From: an uncultured Gemmatimonadales bacterium
GTDB lineage: Bacteria > Gemmatimonadota > Gemmatimonadetes > Gemmatimonadales > Gemmatimonadaceae
Reading direction: 5' to 3'
Assembly (NCBI GenBank): GCA_963851265.1
Contig: CAWKNZ010000006.1
Coordinates: 96,001 to 160,000, forward strand
DNA: 64,000 nt
Part shown: in pieces, positions 1-10,200 of the stretch
Layout of the letters: each line of letters opens with the position of its first letter
Position numbering within the stretch: position 1 is the stretch's first letter
Position numbers and translations under genes: made by a program
Notes under the pieces: generated by a model
What the model saw: only the letters and a program-made list of their open reading frames with translations
Told to the model about the DNA's origin: nothing
Database searches by the model: none

Positions 1-1
1 G

Positions 2-364
2 CACCGCGCGGATGGCGCCGACGACGACCCGCTCGCGGGCGTCGCGCACGCCGACACGGTGGTCGTGCTCATGGGTGCAGCGCGGCTCGCCGCGGTCGCG
101 GACGCGCTGGTCGCGCACGGACGCGACGCGAGCACGCCGGCCGCGGTCGTCGAGCGGGGCACCCTCCCGGGGCAGCGCACCGTGCGCGGCACGCTCGGCA
201 CGATCGCCGTGCGGGCGGCGGCCGAGGACGTGCGCGCACCGGCCACGCTCGTCGTCGGCGACGTCGTCGCGCTCCCGGTCGTTCCGGTCGCGGCGGCGCC
301 GGGCAACGCGGTGGCGCGTTACGAAACGGGTGGCCTTCCGCGATCGCGGGAGGCCACCCGTTGA
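2..364 (+). CDS. cobA: Uroporphyrinogen-III C-methyltransferase (SUMT/CysG-like), C-terminal part; 5' end outside the window
   Basis: Frame is open from position 2 (HRADGADD...ADTVVVLMG...TPAAVVERGTLPGQRTVRGTL...APATLVVGDVV), typical of the tetrapyrrole methyltransferase C-terminus. Confidence 0.8.
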   Translation, partial: HRADGADDDPLAGVAHADTVVVLMGAARLAAVADALVAHGRDASTPAAVVERGTLPGQRTVRGTLGTIAVRAAAEDVRAPATLVVGDVVALPVVPVAAAPGNAVARYETGGLPRSREATR

Positions 365-400
365 CCGAGCCCGTGGGGGCCGGCTACCGCGCGCCCTGCC

Positions 401-3400
401 TCACGGGTCGTCGCGGTTCTCGTCCTCTCCGATCGCCGGCCCCGCGTCATCGCCCCCGCTCAGTCGCTCCACGCGCAGCAGCTGACGGTAGCGCTGCCCG
501 TTGACGGTGAGCGTGACCAGGTAGTCGCCGCTCGCGACCGCCGGCGCGGCCCCGCGCCCGCGCCCGCCGCCGAACAGCCCGAACCCGCCGCGCTCGACCG
601 GGCGTCCCGGAACGCGGAGCAGCTCGGTGATCGCTTCGGTGCCGCCCGGGAACGCGTTGATCGCGTCGAGTGGGCTCTCCTCAACACCGCCCGCGGCCGC
701 ACCCTCGCCGCCGGCGGCAGCGCCGGGACGCGCCGCGCCGGCGCCGACGAACGCGCCCTCACCCGGGCGGGCGACGAACGCGCTCCCCGTGCCGCCCCGC
801 TGGCTCGCGCGGAAGAAAGTCGCCGCATCGACCGCCCCCGAGGTGATCTGTCGGAGCGTCGCGACGATCTGGCGTGACGTGCCCGCCTTCTCGAGCGAGT
901 CGATCACGAACGTCGCGCGCTGCGCGCGCTCCACGCTGTCGCGCCGCTGCGAGGGCGAGAGGGGCGGGCGCGGTGCCGGGCGGCCGCGGAAGTCCCACAC
1001 GACGCGGTGCAGCCCGGCCGTGGCCGGGCCCGTGAGCGTGCGGACCGTGTCGCCGCGCGCGTTCGTGATGAGGATGCTCGCCTGCGGCCCGCGCGGGCCG
1101 CGCCGCCCGCCGCCGGGTCCGGCGGCTGCGTTGCCCGCCGCGCCTGGCGCGCCCGCGCCCTGCGTCGCCGCCACGGCGGTCGCGCTCGGCGGCGGCGGCG
1201 TGCCGGCGCGGGCGGCCGTCGGGCTCTCGTCCTGCGCCGTCGCGCCCGCGGCGGCCGCGGTGTTGTTCCCGACCACCGTCGTCGCCCCGCCGCCGTTGGG
1301 CGCGTCGCCGGGGCCGATGCGCGCCACCGCGGCGCCGGCCGCCGCACCCGCCACGCGGTACACGATCTCCGCGCCGTATCCCGGGCTCGGCGCCGCGAAC
1401 ACCTTCTGCCCCGAGCCGTTGGACGACTCACCCGTCGCCGGCCCCTGGCCGTACTCGTAGCCCGTCTTCGGCTCGAAGAGGTACGTCGGAGCGGCGGCGA
1501 CCGTCGCCATGCGGCTTCCCGCCATCTGCTGCAGCGGCGTCACGTCGACGATCCACAGCCCGCGGCCGTGCGTGGCCGCGATCAGCTCGCGGTCGCGCGG
1601 GTGCACCTTGAGGTCGAACACCGGCACGGTCGGCAGTCCGGCCATGAAGCGCTGCCACGACGCGCCGCGGTCGAGCGAGACGTACGCGCCTAACGACGTG
1701 CCGACGTAGAGCAGGTCGCGGTTGACCGGGTCCTCGCGGATCACGTGCACCTGGTCCGCGCTCCCCGTCGGCAGCCCCGCGGCGATCGAGCGGAACGTGC
1801 GCCCGCCGTCGGTCGTCGCGTAGACGTACGGCGTGAAGTCGTTCCAGCGGTGGTTGTCGAAGGTGACGTAGAAGGTGAGCGAGTCGAAGTGCGACGGCTC
1901 GATGCGGCTCACGTAGACGTCGCCGCGGGCCAGCCCCGGGAAGCGCGCCGCGGAGATCTGCTCCCACGACGCGCCGTCGGTGCGCGTCGTCCACACGTTG
2001 CCGTCGTCGGTGCCGGCGTACAGGAATCCGGGCCGCAGGTACGACTCCGCCAGCGAGACGATCGTGCCGTACGTCTCCGCGCCGGTGGCGTCGAGCGTGA
2101 TGCCGCCCGTCTTGTTGATGCTCGTGTCGATCTTGGCGCGCTGCTGCTTCGAAAGGTCGGGCGAGATGAAATAGAGGCTGTCGCCGCGCCGCGTGGACTT
2201 GAGCACGCGGTTGCCACCCACGTACACCACGTCGGGGTTGTGCGGCGAGAGGAAGAACGGCGTCTCCCAGTTGAAGCGCACGTCGAACGCGGCGGAGTCG
2301 GCGCGCTGGCGCTCGCGAATCGCGGTGACGCGCTCGCGAACGTCGCGCGTTTCCGGCCGCGTGGTGTCGCCCCGCGCGACGAGCACGGAATCCTCGAACT
2401 GCTGGTAGCGCGGCCGGAACGCGGGTTTGACCAGCGCGTTCCGCTCGCCGGTGCGCAGGTTGAGGCGCGAGATGTTGCCGCCCTGCGACTCGCCGAACAC
2501 CACCCACGATTCCTGGGGGTGCTGCGCCGTGTAGAACCCGTCGCCGCCGGCGATGGTGAACCAGTAGGCGTTGGTCACGGGCCCGCTCTTGCGCCGGCTC
2601 GGCCCGCACCACGAGCCGTTGTCCTGGGCGCCCGCGCACACGTTGTACGGCGTCTCGAAGTCGTAGCTGACGTCGTAGAACTGGGCGATCGGCAGGACGG
2701 CGCTGAAGTCGTAGTTGCCGCCGCCGTCCCACGTGATCGAGATGCCGCCGTCGTCGCCGACGACCATGTGCTCGGGGTCGCCCGGGTCGATCCACATCGC
2801 GTGGTGGTCGACGTGGATGCCCTGCGTGGCCGTGCGCGCGGTCCTGCCGCCGTCGCTGGACACGAGCACCGGCGTCGACGAGAACCAGACGCGGTCGGGA
2901 TTGCGCGGGTGCACGCGCACCTGCGAGTAGTAGAACGGGCGCGTGTCGGCGTCGTTCATCTTCTCCCACGTGCGGCCGCCGTCCTTCGTGCGGTACAGTC
3001 CGTTCCCGAGCTTCTGCTTCGGCGTCCCCTTCGGCACGGTGCGCCCGCGGACCGAGTCGGCCTCGACCAGCGCGTAGACGATGTTCGGGTCCTGCGGGTA
3101 GATCGAGAAGTTGATGCGTCCCTTCTGCGTCTCGGGGAAGCCGCCGCCGCGGATCTCGGTCCACGTGGCGCCGGCGTCGGTGCTCTTCCACAGCCCGGAG
3201 CCCGGCCCGCCGCTCGTCAGGAAGTAGGGGCCGCGGACGCGCTCGTAGCTCGACGCCCACACCGTGTTGGGGTCCTTGGGGTCGATCGCCACGTCCACGA
3301 AGCCGGCGCGCGGACTCACGAACTTGACGAGCTTCCACGTCGCCCCGCCGTCCTCGGTCTTGTAGAGCCCGCGCTCGGGGTTCGCCGCCCACGCCGCGCC

Positions 3401-3907
3401 CAACGCCGCGACGTAGACGACGTTGGGGTTGGTCGGGTGCACCGCGATGCGCCCGATGTGTTGCGTCTTCTCGAGCCCCATCGGCTTCCACGTCAGGCCG
3501 CCGTCCGTGCTCTTGTAGATGCCGTGGCCGGGCTCGATGGTGTTGCGCGAGTTCTGCTCGCCGGTGCCGGCCCACACCTGCTGCGTGTCGGAGGGCGCGA
3601 CGGCGAGCGCGCCCATTGCGATCACACGCTGGTCGTCGAAGACGGGGCGGAAGGTGGTCCCGCCGTTCGTGGTCTTCCAGATGCCGCCCGCGACCGACGA
3701 GACGAAAAACGTCTTCGACGGCGACGGGATGCCGGCGATGTCGGAGACGCGTCCCTCGAAGTTCGCCGGTCCGACGGTACGCCAGCGGAAGCCGGCGAGG
3801 GTGGCGGAGTCGAGGGCGGGGTGGGGGGCGGCCGCGGGCTGCTGGGCAGCGAGGGTGCCGCTCCAGCATGCGGCGAGGATCGCCAGAGAGGGGCGCGGTC
3901 GGGGCAT
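401..3907 (-). CDS. Secreted VPS10/BNR (Asp-box) repeat beta-propeller protein, putative glycosyl hydrolase (BNR1)
   Basis: Signal peptide; WRTVGPANFEGRV start; many S/T-x-D-G-G-x-T-W Asp-boxes; AATHGRG motif; Gly/Ala-rich C-terminal loops. Confidence 0.9.
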   Translation of the reverse strand: MPRPRPSLAILAACWSGTLAAQQPAAAPHPALDSATLAGFRWRTVGPANFEGRVSDIAGIPSPSKTFFVSSVAGGIWKTTNGGTTFRPVFDDQRVIAMGALAVAPSDTQQVWAGTGEQNSRNTIEPGHGIYKSTDGGLTWKPMGLEKTQHIGRIAVHPTNPNVVYVAALGAAWAANPERGLYKTEDGGATWKLVKFVSPRAGFVDVAIDPKDPNTVWASSYERVRGPYFLTSGGPGSGLWKSTDAGATWTEIRGGGFPETQKGRINFSIYPQDPNIVYALVEADSVRGRTVPKGTPKQKLGNGLYRTKDGGRTWEKMNDADTRPFYYSQVRVHPRNPDRVWFSSTPVLVSSDGGRTARTATQGIHVDHHAMWIDPGDPEHMVVGDDGGISITWDGGGNYDFSAVLPIAQFYDVSYDFETPYNVCAGAQDNGSWCGPSRRKSGPVTNAYWFTIAGGDGFYTAQHPQESWVVFGESQGGNISRLNLRTGERNALVKPAFRPRYQQFEDSVLVARGDTTRPETRDVRERVTAIRERQRADSAAFDVRFNWETPFFLSPHNPDVVYVGGNRVLKSTRRGDSLYFISPDLSKQQRAKIDTSINKTGGITLDATGAETYGTIVSLAESYLRPGFLYAGTDDGNVWTTRTDGASWEQISAARFPGLARGDVYVSRIEPSHFDSLTFYVTFDNHRWNDFTPYVYATTDGGRTFRSIAAGLPTGSADQVHVIREDPVNRDLLYVGTSLGAYVSLDRGASWQRFMAGLPTVPVFDLKVHPRDRELIAATHGRGLWIVDVTPLQQMAGSRMATVAAAPTYLFEPKTGYEYGQGPATGESSNGSGQKVFAAPSPGYGAEIVYRVAGAAAGAAVARIGPGDAPNGGGATTVVGNNTAAAAGATAQDESPTAARAGTPPPPSATAVAATQGAGAPGAAGNAAAGPGGGRRGPRGPQASILITNARGDTVRTLTGPATAGLHRVVWDFRGRPAPRPPLSPSQRRDSVERAQRATFVIDSLEKAGTSRQIVATLRQITSGAVDAATFFRASQRGGTGSAFVARPGEGAFVGAGAARPGAAAGGEGAAAGGVEESPLDAINAFPGGTEAITELLRVPGRPVERGGFGLFGGGRGRGAAPAVASGDYLVTLTVNGQRYRQLLRVERLSGGDDAGPAIGEDENRDDP

Positions 3908-3980
3908 GGGCGGTGGAGCGTGGGCTGGGGCCGTGGCACCACCGGGCCGGATCGCCGCACGTGGTGACGACGGCGCTACG

Positions 3981-4024
3981 CAGCGCGCCCGCGGAGCGCT
4001 GTGAGACGCTCCGCGGGCGCGCTG
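3981..4024 (-). terminator. Perfect 18-bp GC stem-loop downstream of PEP-CTERM gene 1
   Basis: CAGCGCGCCCGCGGAGCG - 8-nt loop - CGCTCCGCGGGCGCGCTG. There is no clear U-tract, so it could be a terminator or an mRNA-stabilising hairpin. Confidence 0.55.
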
Positions 4025-4049
4025 GGTACCGCCCGGGGGTGATCCCGCG

Positions 4050-4763
4050 TCAGGCCGTCGGTGCCGAGCGCCGGCGGCGCGCCGCGGCGGCCACGACGCT
4101 CAGGCCGGCGCCGAGCAGCGCCCACGTGGCCGGCTCCGGCGTCGAGACAACGCCCGGGATGGGGCTTCCGAACGTCACGTCGTCGAACACGATCTGGTTG
4201 GCGACGCCGGCGAACGTCACCGACTGCGCGACGCCCGCGAACGACACGCCGGCCGCCGCGAACGGGCAGAACCCCGCGCCGTAGCACGGCTCCGGGCCGG
4301 TCGGCGTCTGCGCGAGCGCGAGTGTGGCGAGCAGCGTTCCCGTACCGTTGAGGCCGCTCCAGACGTTGAACGAGCCTGCGTTATTGGGTGCGGCGTAGAA
4401 GAACGAGAAGCCGTTCGTGAAGCCGCTCATGCTGTTCATGTACGTGCTCGCGCCGGTGAGGAAGAACAGCCCGGTGTTCTGCGAGGCCGGGTCGCCACGC
4501 CCGCCGCGCGACGTGTTCGAGCAGCTCTGCGTCGGCGTGTTGAGGCAGAGCGCGAGCGCGTTCGGCGAGAAGTCGATTCCGTAGTTGGGACCGGCGCCGC
4601 CGTTGTAGAAGTTCCCGATCGGGGGTTCGGGATTCGTCGGGCTCGCGCCGATGCCCTCAAAGTTGAGCACCTGCGCGCCGGCGGGTGTAGCGACGAAGGC
4701 GGCGCCGACCAGCGCGGTCACGAGCGCGGTGGTGCGGGCTGCAGCGGTACGACGTGAGTGCAT
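4050..4763 (-). CDS. PEP-CTERM sorting-domain protein 1
   Basis: Signal peptide (..TPAGA|QV); C-terminal TPEPATWALLGAGLSVVAAAARRRR (PEP motif, TM helix, basic cluster); GGAG RBS before the ATG at 4763. Confidence 0.9.
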   Translation of the reverse strand: MHSRRTAAARTTALVTALVGAAFVATPAGAQVLNFEGIGASPTNPEPPIGNFYNGGAGPNYGIDFSPNALALCLNTPTQSCSNTSRGGRGDPASQNTGLFFLTGASTYMNSMSGFTNGFSFFYAAPNNAGSFNVWSGLNGTGTLLATLALAQTPTGPEPCYGAGFCPFAAAGVSFAGVAQSVTFAGVANQIVFDDVTFGSPIPGVVSTPEPATWALLGAGLSVVAAAARRRRSAPTA

Positions 4764-5359
4764 CGAGATCTCCGGCAACATTGAGTTCAGCATCCGAGCG
4801 CCAAACGGCGCGCCGCCGCGCGGGCTGACCGCCCACGCGTACGTGACGCGGACGTCACTGTGTCGCTAAACGGATGACTACGCCAGCATCTCGCGGCAAC
4901 GTTGCGAAATCTTTGCGAATAATTACGGTCGGGGAGCGGGATTGCTACTGTCGCTCGTCGGGGACGTCGTACTCTAAGTTCGGATTCCTCTCGCACGGTC
5001 GGCGGGCCATGTCGTTGCCTACCGCATGGTGCGCGGGGCCGGGCCGGGTCGGGATCGTCCGCATGCTGCCTTCGCAGGCACCGCCCCGCGCCCGGGCGAT
5101 CAAGGACCGAGTCCGCGGCCCCGCGCGCCGCGTCGGCGGCAGCCACGTCACGTTAGGCATCCCCTCCGACGCCGCGCGGCCCGCCCGACGTCGCGGCGCG
5201 CCGTCCCGATTGCGCGGTCGCCGGTCGACGACCCGCGAAACGTGCACGAGTGGCCCGACACGTCCCGCTTCGGGTCGCGCCGGGCGGCGATTGTTGTCGC
5301 TCGCCCCTACCGTTCGGGCGTCGGAGCAGCCCTGGGCCCCTCACCCACGCCGTCGCCAC

Positions 5360-5550
5360 ATGCGCGCGTCCATCGCCCGCCTCACGCTCGCCGCGCTCGT
5401 TGCCCCGTCGTCGCCCGCGCGCAGGCGCCCGGCCCCCCTCGCGACCTCGCCGTGTCCGACGCCGCGGCCGCCATGCACTGGCGCGAGATCGGCCCCACGC
5501 GCGGGCGGGCCGGTGCCGCCGCGACCGGCAGTGCCGCCGGCACCGCGGCG
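5360..5550 (+). pseudogene. Internally deleted, frameshifted copy of the 5' part of BNR2 (gene at 7279)
   Basis: Starts MRASIARLTLAA versus MRASLPRLTLAA. 5470-5503 is identical to 7402-7435 (34 bp) and 5504-5550 matches 8282-8328 with 3 mismatches. Confidence 0.85.
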
Positions 5551-5998
5551 CACGATTCCTGGGGGTGCTGCGCCGTGTAGAACCCGTCGCCGCCGGCGAT
5601 GGTGAACCAGTAGGCGTTGGTCACCGGCCCGCTCTTGCGCCGGCTCGGCCCGCACCACGAGCCGTTGTCCTGGGCGCCCGCGCACACGTTGTACGGCGTC
5701 TCGAAGTCGTAGCTGACGTCGTAGAACTGGGCGATCGGCAGGACGGCGCTGAAGTCGTAGTTGCCGCCGCCGTCCCACGTGATCGAGATGCCGCCGTCGT
5801 CGCCGACGACCATGTGCTCGGGGTCGCCCGGGTCGATCCACATCGCGTGGTGGTCGACGTGGATGCCCTGCGTGGCCGTGCGCGCGGTCCTGCCGCCGTC
5901 GCTGGACACGAGCACCGGCGTCGACGAGAACCAGACGCGGTCGGGATTGCGCGGGTGCACGCGCACCGTGGGCTGGGGCCGAGGCACCACCGGACCGG
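5551..5998 (-). pseudogene. Duplicated internal fragment and upstream flank of BNR1
   Basis: 5551-5967 equals 2505-2921 (417 bp, one synonymous mismatch seen). 5967-5998 matches 3919-3950 (2 mismatches). Confidence 0.9.
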
Positions 5999-6004
5999 CT
6001 GCGC

Positions 6005-6033
6005 AAACGGGGGCCCCGCTCGGAGCCCCCGTT
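6005..6033 (-). terminator. Probable intrinsic terminator of PEP-CTERM gene 2
   Basis: AACGGGGGC...GCCCCCGTT inverted repeat ending in a short T run on the minus strand, about 55 bp after the stop codon. Confidence 0.5.
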
Positions 6034-6089
6034 CGCGCCCCCGGCTCGATGGCCGGCTCGGGCGGCGCCCGCGATTATCCGGCGTGCGG

Positions 6090-6767
6090 TCAGCCCGTGG
6101 TCACCGCGCGACGGCGTCGGCGCGCGAGTCCCGCGAGAGTCACCAGGCCGCCGCCGAGCATGGCGTAGGTGGACGGCTCGGGCACGGTGGATCCGGCGTA
6201 GAGCGTGTAAGCGTGCTCGTTCCCGTTCGGCGAGAACCCGTCACCGAACGGCGCGACGTCCTCCTGATCATTCGCGGTCGTGTTGGCCGCCGTCGTTTCC
6301 CAGTAGAACTCTGCGCGGCCCGTGTTGCTCAGCGGTCCGTTGTGCAGGCCGAACCAGTACGTCCCCGCGCCGAGTCCGACGTTCGGCAGCGCGAAGTCGT
6401 ACCGCATCGTGGGGGTGGTACCCCCGTAGGGCGGGCCGTCCACGATCGCGGTGGGGACGACGTTGCCCGAGAAGAGCATGCTCCCGGGCGAGCCTGCCGC
6501 GTTCGAGTAGATCTGCCAGGTCACATTCCCGGCGTACGCGTTCGTGGCGAGACTGAATGCCCAGAAGCGCGCCGCCGTGAGCGTCGTCGCGGATCCGAGG
6601 GTGAAGTCGCTCGCCTGGATCCACTGGGTCATCTCGTTGCCGCTGACTCCGTTCGGGGCACCGTTGCTGTACACCGGGGACTGCGCCGACGCGGGCACGC
6701 TGGCGGCGAGGCAGAGCGTGGCGGCAAAGAGAGCGGATGCGGCGCTGCGGACGGCGGTGCCGAGCAT
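6090..6767 (-). CDS. PEP-CTERM sorting-domain protein 2
   Basis: Signal peptide (..VPASA|QS); C-terminal VPEPSTYAMLGGGLVTLAGLARRRRR; AGGAG RBS before the ATG at 6767. Confidence 0.9.
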   Translation of the reverse strand: MLGTAVRSAASALFAATLCLAASVPASAQSPVYSNGAPNGVSGNEMTQWIQASDFTLGSATTLTAARFWAFSLATNAYAGNVTWQIYSNAAGSPGSMLFSGNVVPTAIVDGPPYGGTTPTMRYDFALPNVGLGAGTYWFGLHNGPLSNTGRAEFYWETTAANTTANDQEDVAPFGDGFSPNGNEHAYTLYAGSTVPEPSTYAMLGGGLVTLAGLARRRRRAVTTG

Positions 6768-7278
6768 TAGAGCTCCTGTAAACAGATGTGGCGGCTCGGG
6801 GCGAGGTCGGTCGCGTGCTCCCTGGATTGGGCTGCCGACCGGACGAGGTGCTGCTCCGCTACGAGACCGTGGGTTCGTGACGGCGCAATCATTATCACGA
6901 AGGCCGAAAAGCGCAAGGCGAAGTCGTGTTGGTACGGCAGCAGGGTCGCTGCCGTCACGTTGCGCCCCGCAGTGCGCGATGGCGTGATTGCAGAACGTCT
7001 CCTGCGCGCGGAACGTCTCGTGCGCGCGGATGCTCGCGGACGGCGCGGCCACGACGCGGTGCGTCCGGCGACGTACTTCCGGCGGCGTGCTTCCGCCGGG
7101 GCAACGACCAGATCGAGAGGCAGGTGAGCCGGCCCAGACTGGTGAAGCGGAGCATGGACGGGCGCGCGAATGTGTGCACCCCGTGTGCTGGATGCGGTCA
7201 TGGGCCGCGCTCGCGACGGGCGGACGCTACCGTTCGGGCTCACGTCGTCACCCCAGGATTTCCACGTTGCGGGTACTC

Positions 7279-10200
7279 ATGCGCGCGTCTCTCCCTCGCC
7301 TCACGCTTGCCGCCGCGGTCGCGGTGGCCGCTCCGACGACCGGTCGCACGCAGGCGCCGGCCGTCGCCTCACCGCCGGGCGCCGCAGGTGATCCCGCCGC
7401 GGCCATGCACTGGCGCGAGATCGGCCCCACGCGCGCCGGCCGCGCGCGCGCCCTCGCCGGCGTGCCGAGCCGGCCGAACGTGTTCTACGTCGGCTTCGAC
7501 AACGGCGGCGTGTGGCGCTCGACCGACTACGGCTCCACGTGGCAGCCGATCTTCGACGCCGAAGGCACCGGCTCGATCGGCGCGATCGCCGTCTCGCCCA
7601 GCAACCCCGACGTGATCTACGTGGGCACCGGCGCGGGCATCATCCGCCCCGACCTCGCCATCGGCGACGGCGTCTACAAGTCGACCGACGGCGGCAAGAC
7701 GTGGACGCACCTCGGCCTGCGCGACTCGCAGATGATCGCGATGATCGACATCGACCCGCGCGACCCCGACCGGATCTTCGTCGCCGCGTTGGGCCACCCG
7801 TACGGGCCCAACGCCGAACGCGGCATCTTCCGCTCGACCGACGGCGGGCGCACGTTCGCGAAGGTGCTCTACAAGGACGAGTACACGAGCGGCAACGACG
7901 TGCGCATGGACCCGCGCGATCCGAACACGGTGTACGCGACGCTCTGGCAGCAGCAGCAGAGCTTCATCGAGGGGCAGGGGTTCAGCGGGGCGGGGAACGG
8001 CATCTACAAGTCGACCGACGGCGGGACGACCTGGCGGCAGCTGACGAACGGGCTGCCGTCCGTCATCCAGGCGAACCTCGCGATCGCGCCGAGCGACCCG
8101 CGGACGCTCTACGCGGCGGTCGCGGGCGCGGGGCCCGACGGCGGCGTCGGGCGCGGGGGCACGGGCGTCGTCGGCTTCTACACGTCGGGCGACGCGGGTG
8201 AGCACTGGCGCCTGGCCGTGCAGAACGTGACGAGCGGCAGCGGGCAGGGCACCGACGCGCACGATGCGCACGGCCCCGACCGGCGGGCCGGCGCCGCCGC
8301 GACCGGCGGTGCGGCCGGCACCGCGGCGGGGGCCGCCGGTGCGCCCGACGCCGCTCCGCGCGGAAGCGGCGGGGCGGGCGGCACGCGCGCCGACTCGGCC
8401 GGCGCGGCCGCGCGGGGCGACGCGCCGACGTTAGGCGATCCGCGCCCGATGATCCGCATCGGCGGCGGCGACCTGCCGACGCTCGCCGTCGACTCCCGGA
8501 ACCCGCGCGCGGTCTACAGCTCGTCCACCGTGCTCTGGCGCACCGAGGACGCGGGCCTCACGTGGACCGCGGTGCGCGGCGCGCCGGGCGGCGACGACTA
8601 CCAGAAGACCTGGATCAACCCGAACGACCCCAACGTCCTCCTCGTCGTCTCGGACCAGGGCGCGGTGGTCTCCGCCAACCGCGGCGCGTCGTGGAGCAAC
8701 TGGTACACGCAGCCCACGGCCGCGATGTACCACGTGTCGACCGATTTCGCCTTCCCCTACCGCGTGTGCGGCGGCCAGCAGGACTCGGGCTCGGCGTGCG
8801 TGGAGAGCCGCTCGATGGACGGCGAGATCACCTTCCACGACTGGCACCCCGTGAACATCCAGGAGTACGGGATCGCCGCGCCGGACCCCAGGAACCCCGA
8901 CGCGGTCTACGGGTCGATGCGGACCAACGTCTCGCTCTACGACCGCAAGACCGGGCAGACGACCTTCGTCGGCCCCGACGCGACGGCGCGCGGGACGGAG
9001 TTCGGGCGCAACGTGCGGACGATGCCGATCAACTGGTCGCCGCTGGACCCGAACACGCTTTACTACACGTCCAACGCGGTGTGGAAGAGCACGGACCACG
9101 CACACAGCTGGACGCGCATCAGCCCCGACCTCGCCCGGCCGACGTGGGCCGTGCCGGCGAGCGCGGGCAAGTACGCGGCGACCGTGACCCCCGCGCCGGC
9201 CGGCGCGATCACCGCGTTCGCGCCTTCGCCGCGCGACGCGCAGGTGCTGTGGGCCGGCACCGACGACGGCAACGTGCAGCGCACGAGCGACGGCGGCGCG
9301 CACTGGACTAACGTCACCCCCGCGGCCATCAAGCCCTGGACGCGCATCTTCAACCTCGACGCCGGGCACTTCGACGCGCGCACCGCGTACGCGGCGGCCA
9401 ACACGTTGCGAATCGACGACCGCGACCCGCACTTCTGGCGCACGCACGACGGCGGGCAGACGTGGACCGAGATCGACCGCGGGATCGCCCCCGGCGCGGT
9501 CGCCAACTCCATCCGCGAGGACCCGCGCACCCCGGGGCTGTTGTACGGCGCCACCGACACCCAGGTGTGGGTCTCGTTCGACGACGGCGACCACTGGCAG
9601 TCGCTCCGCCGCGACATGCCCGCGATCTCGGTGCGCGACCTCCAGGTCAAGGACGACACCACGTGCCTGTGCGCCGACCTCGTCGCCGCCACGCACGGGC
9701 GCGGCTTCTGGATCCTCGACGACCTCACGCCGCTGCGCCAGGCCGCGGCCCTGCGCGCGGCCGCCGCGTCGCGGTCGGCCTACCTCGTGAAGCCCGCGAC
9801 GGCCGTGCGCGTGCGCTTCGCGACCAACGACCCCACCCCCTGGCCGCCCGAACTTCCCGCCGGCGAGAACCCGCCGCCGGGCGCGATCCTCGACTACGCG
9901 CTCGCCGCCGACGCGGCGGGGCCGGTCTCGCTCGAAATTCTCGACGCGGCGGGCAAGGTGGTGCGCACCTACTCGAGCGGCGACCGCACGTCCGACCCCG
10001 ACCCCGCGCTCGACCCCGCGGCGTACGACCGCCTGTGCCAGCGCACGCCGTCCGCCCCGCACTGCGACGTGCCCCTGTACTGGCCCGCGCCGGCGATGCG
10101 CATCTCGACCGCGGCCGGGATGCACCGCGTGAGCTGGGACCTGCACTACCAGCCGATCGCGGGCGGCGCGGACGCCGGCGCTGGTGACGACGAGGGCGGC

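Noticed and set aside
4874..5350. ORFs or a structured ncRNA in the intergenic region upstream of PEP-CTERM1
   Set aside because: No recognisable domain, typical codon usage or RNA family motif.
5551..5967. 417-bp repeat as a diversity-generating retroelement TR/VR pair
   Set aside because: There is no reverse transcriptase in the window. The only mismatch is G/C rather than adenine-specific, and the target is mid-gene.
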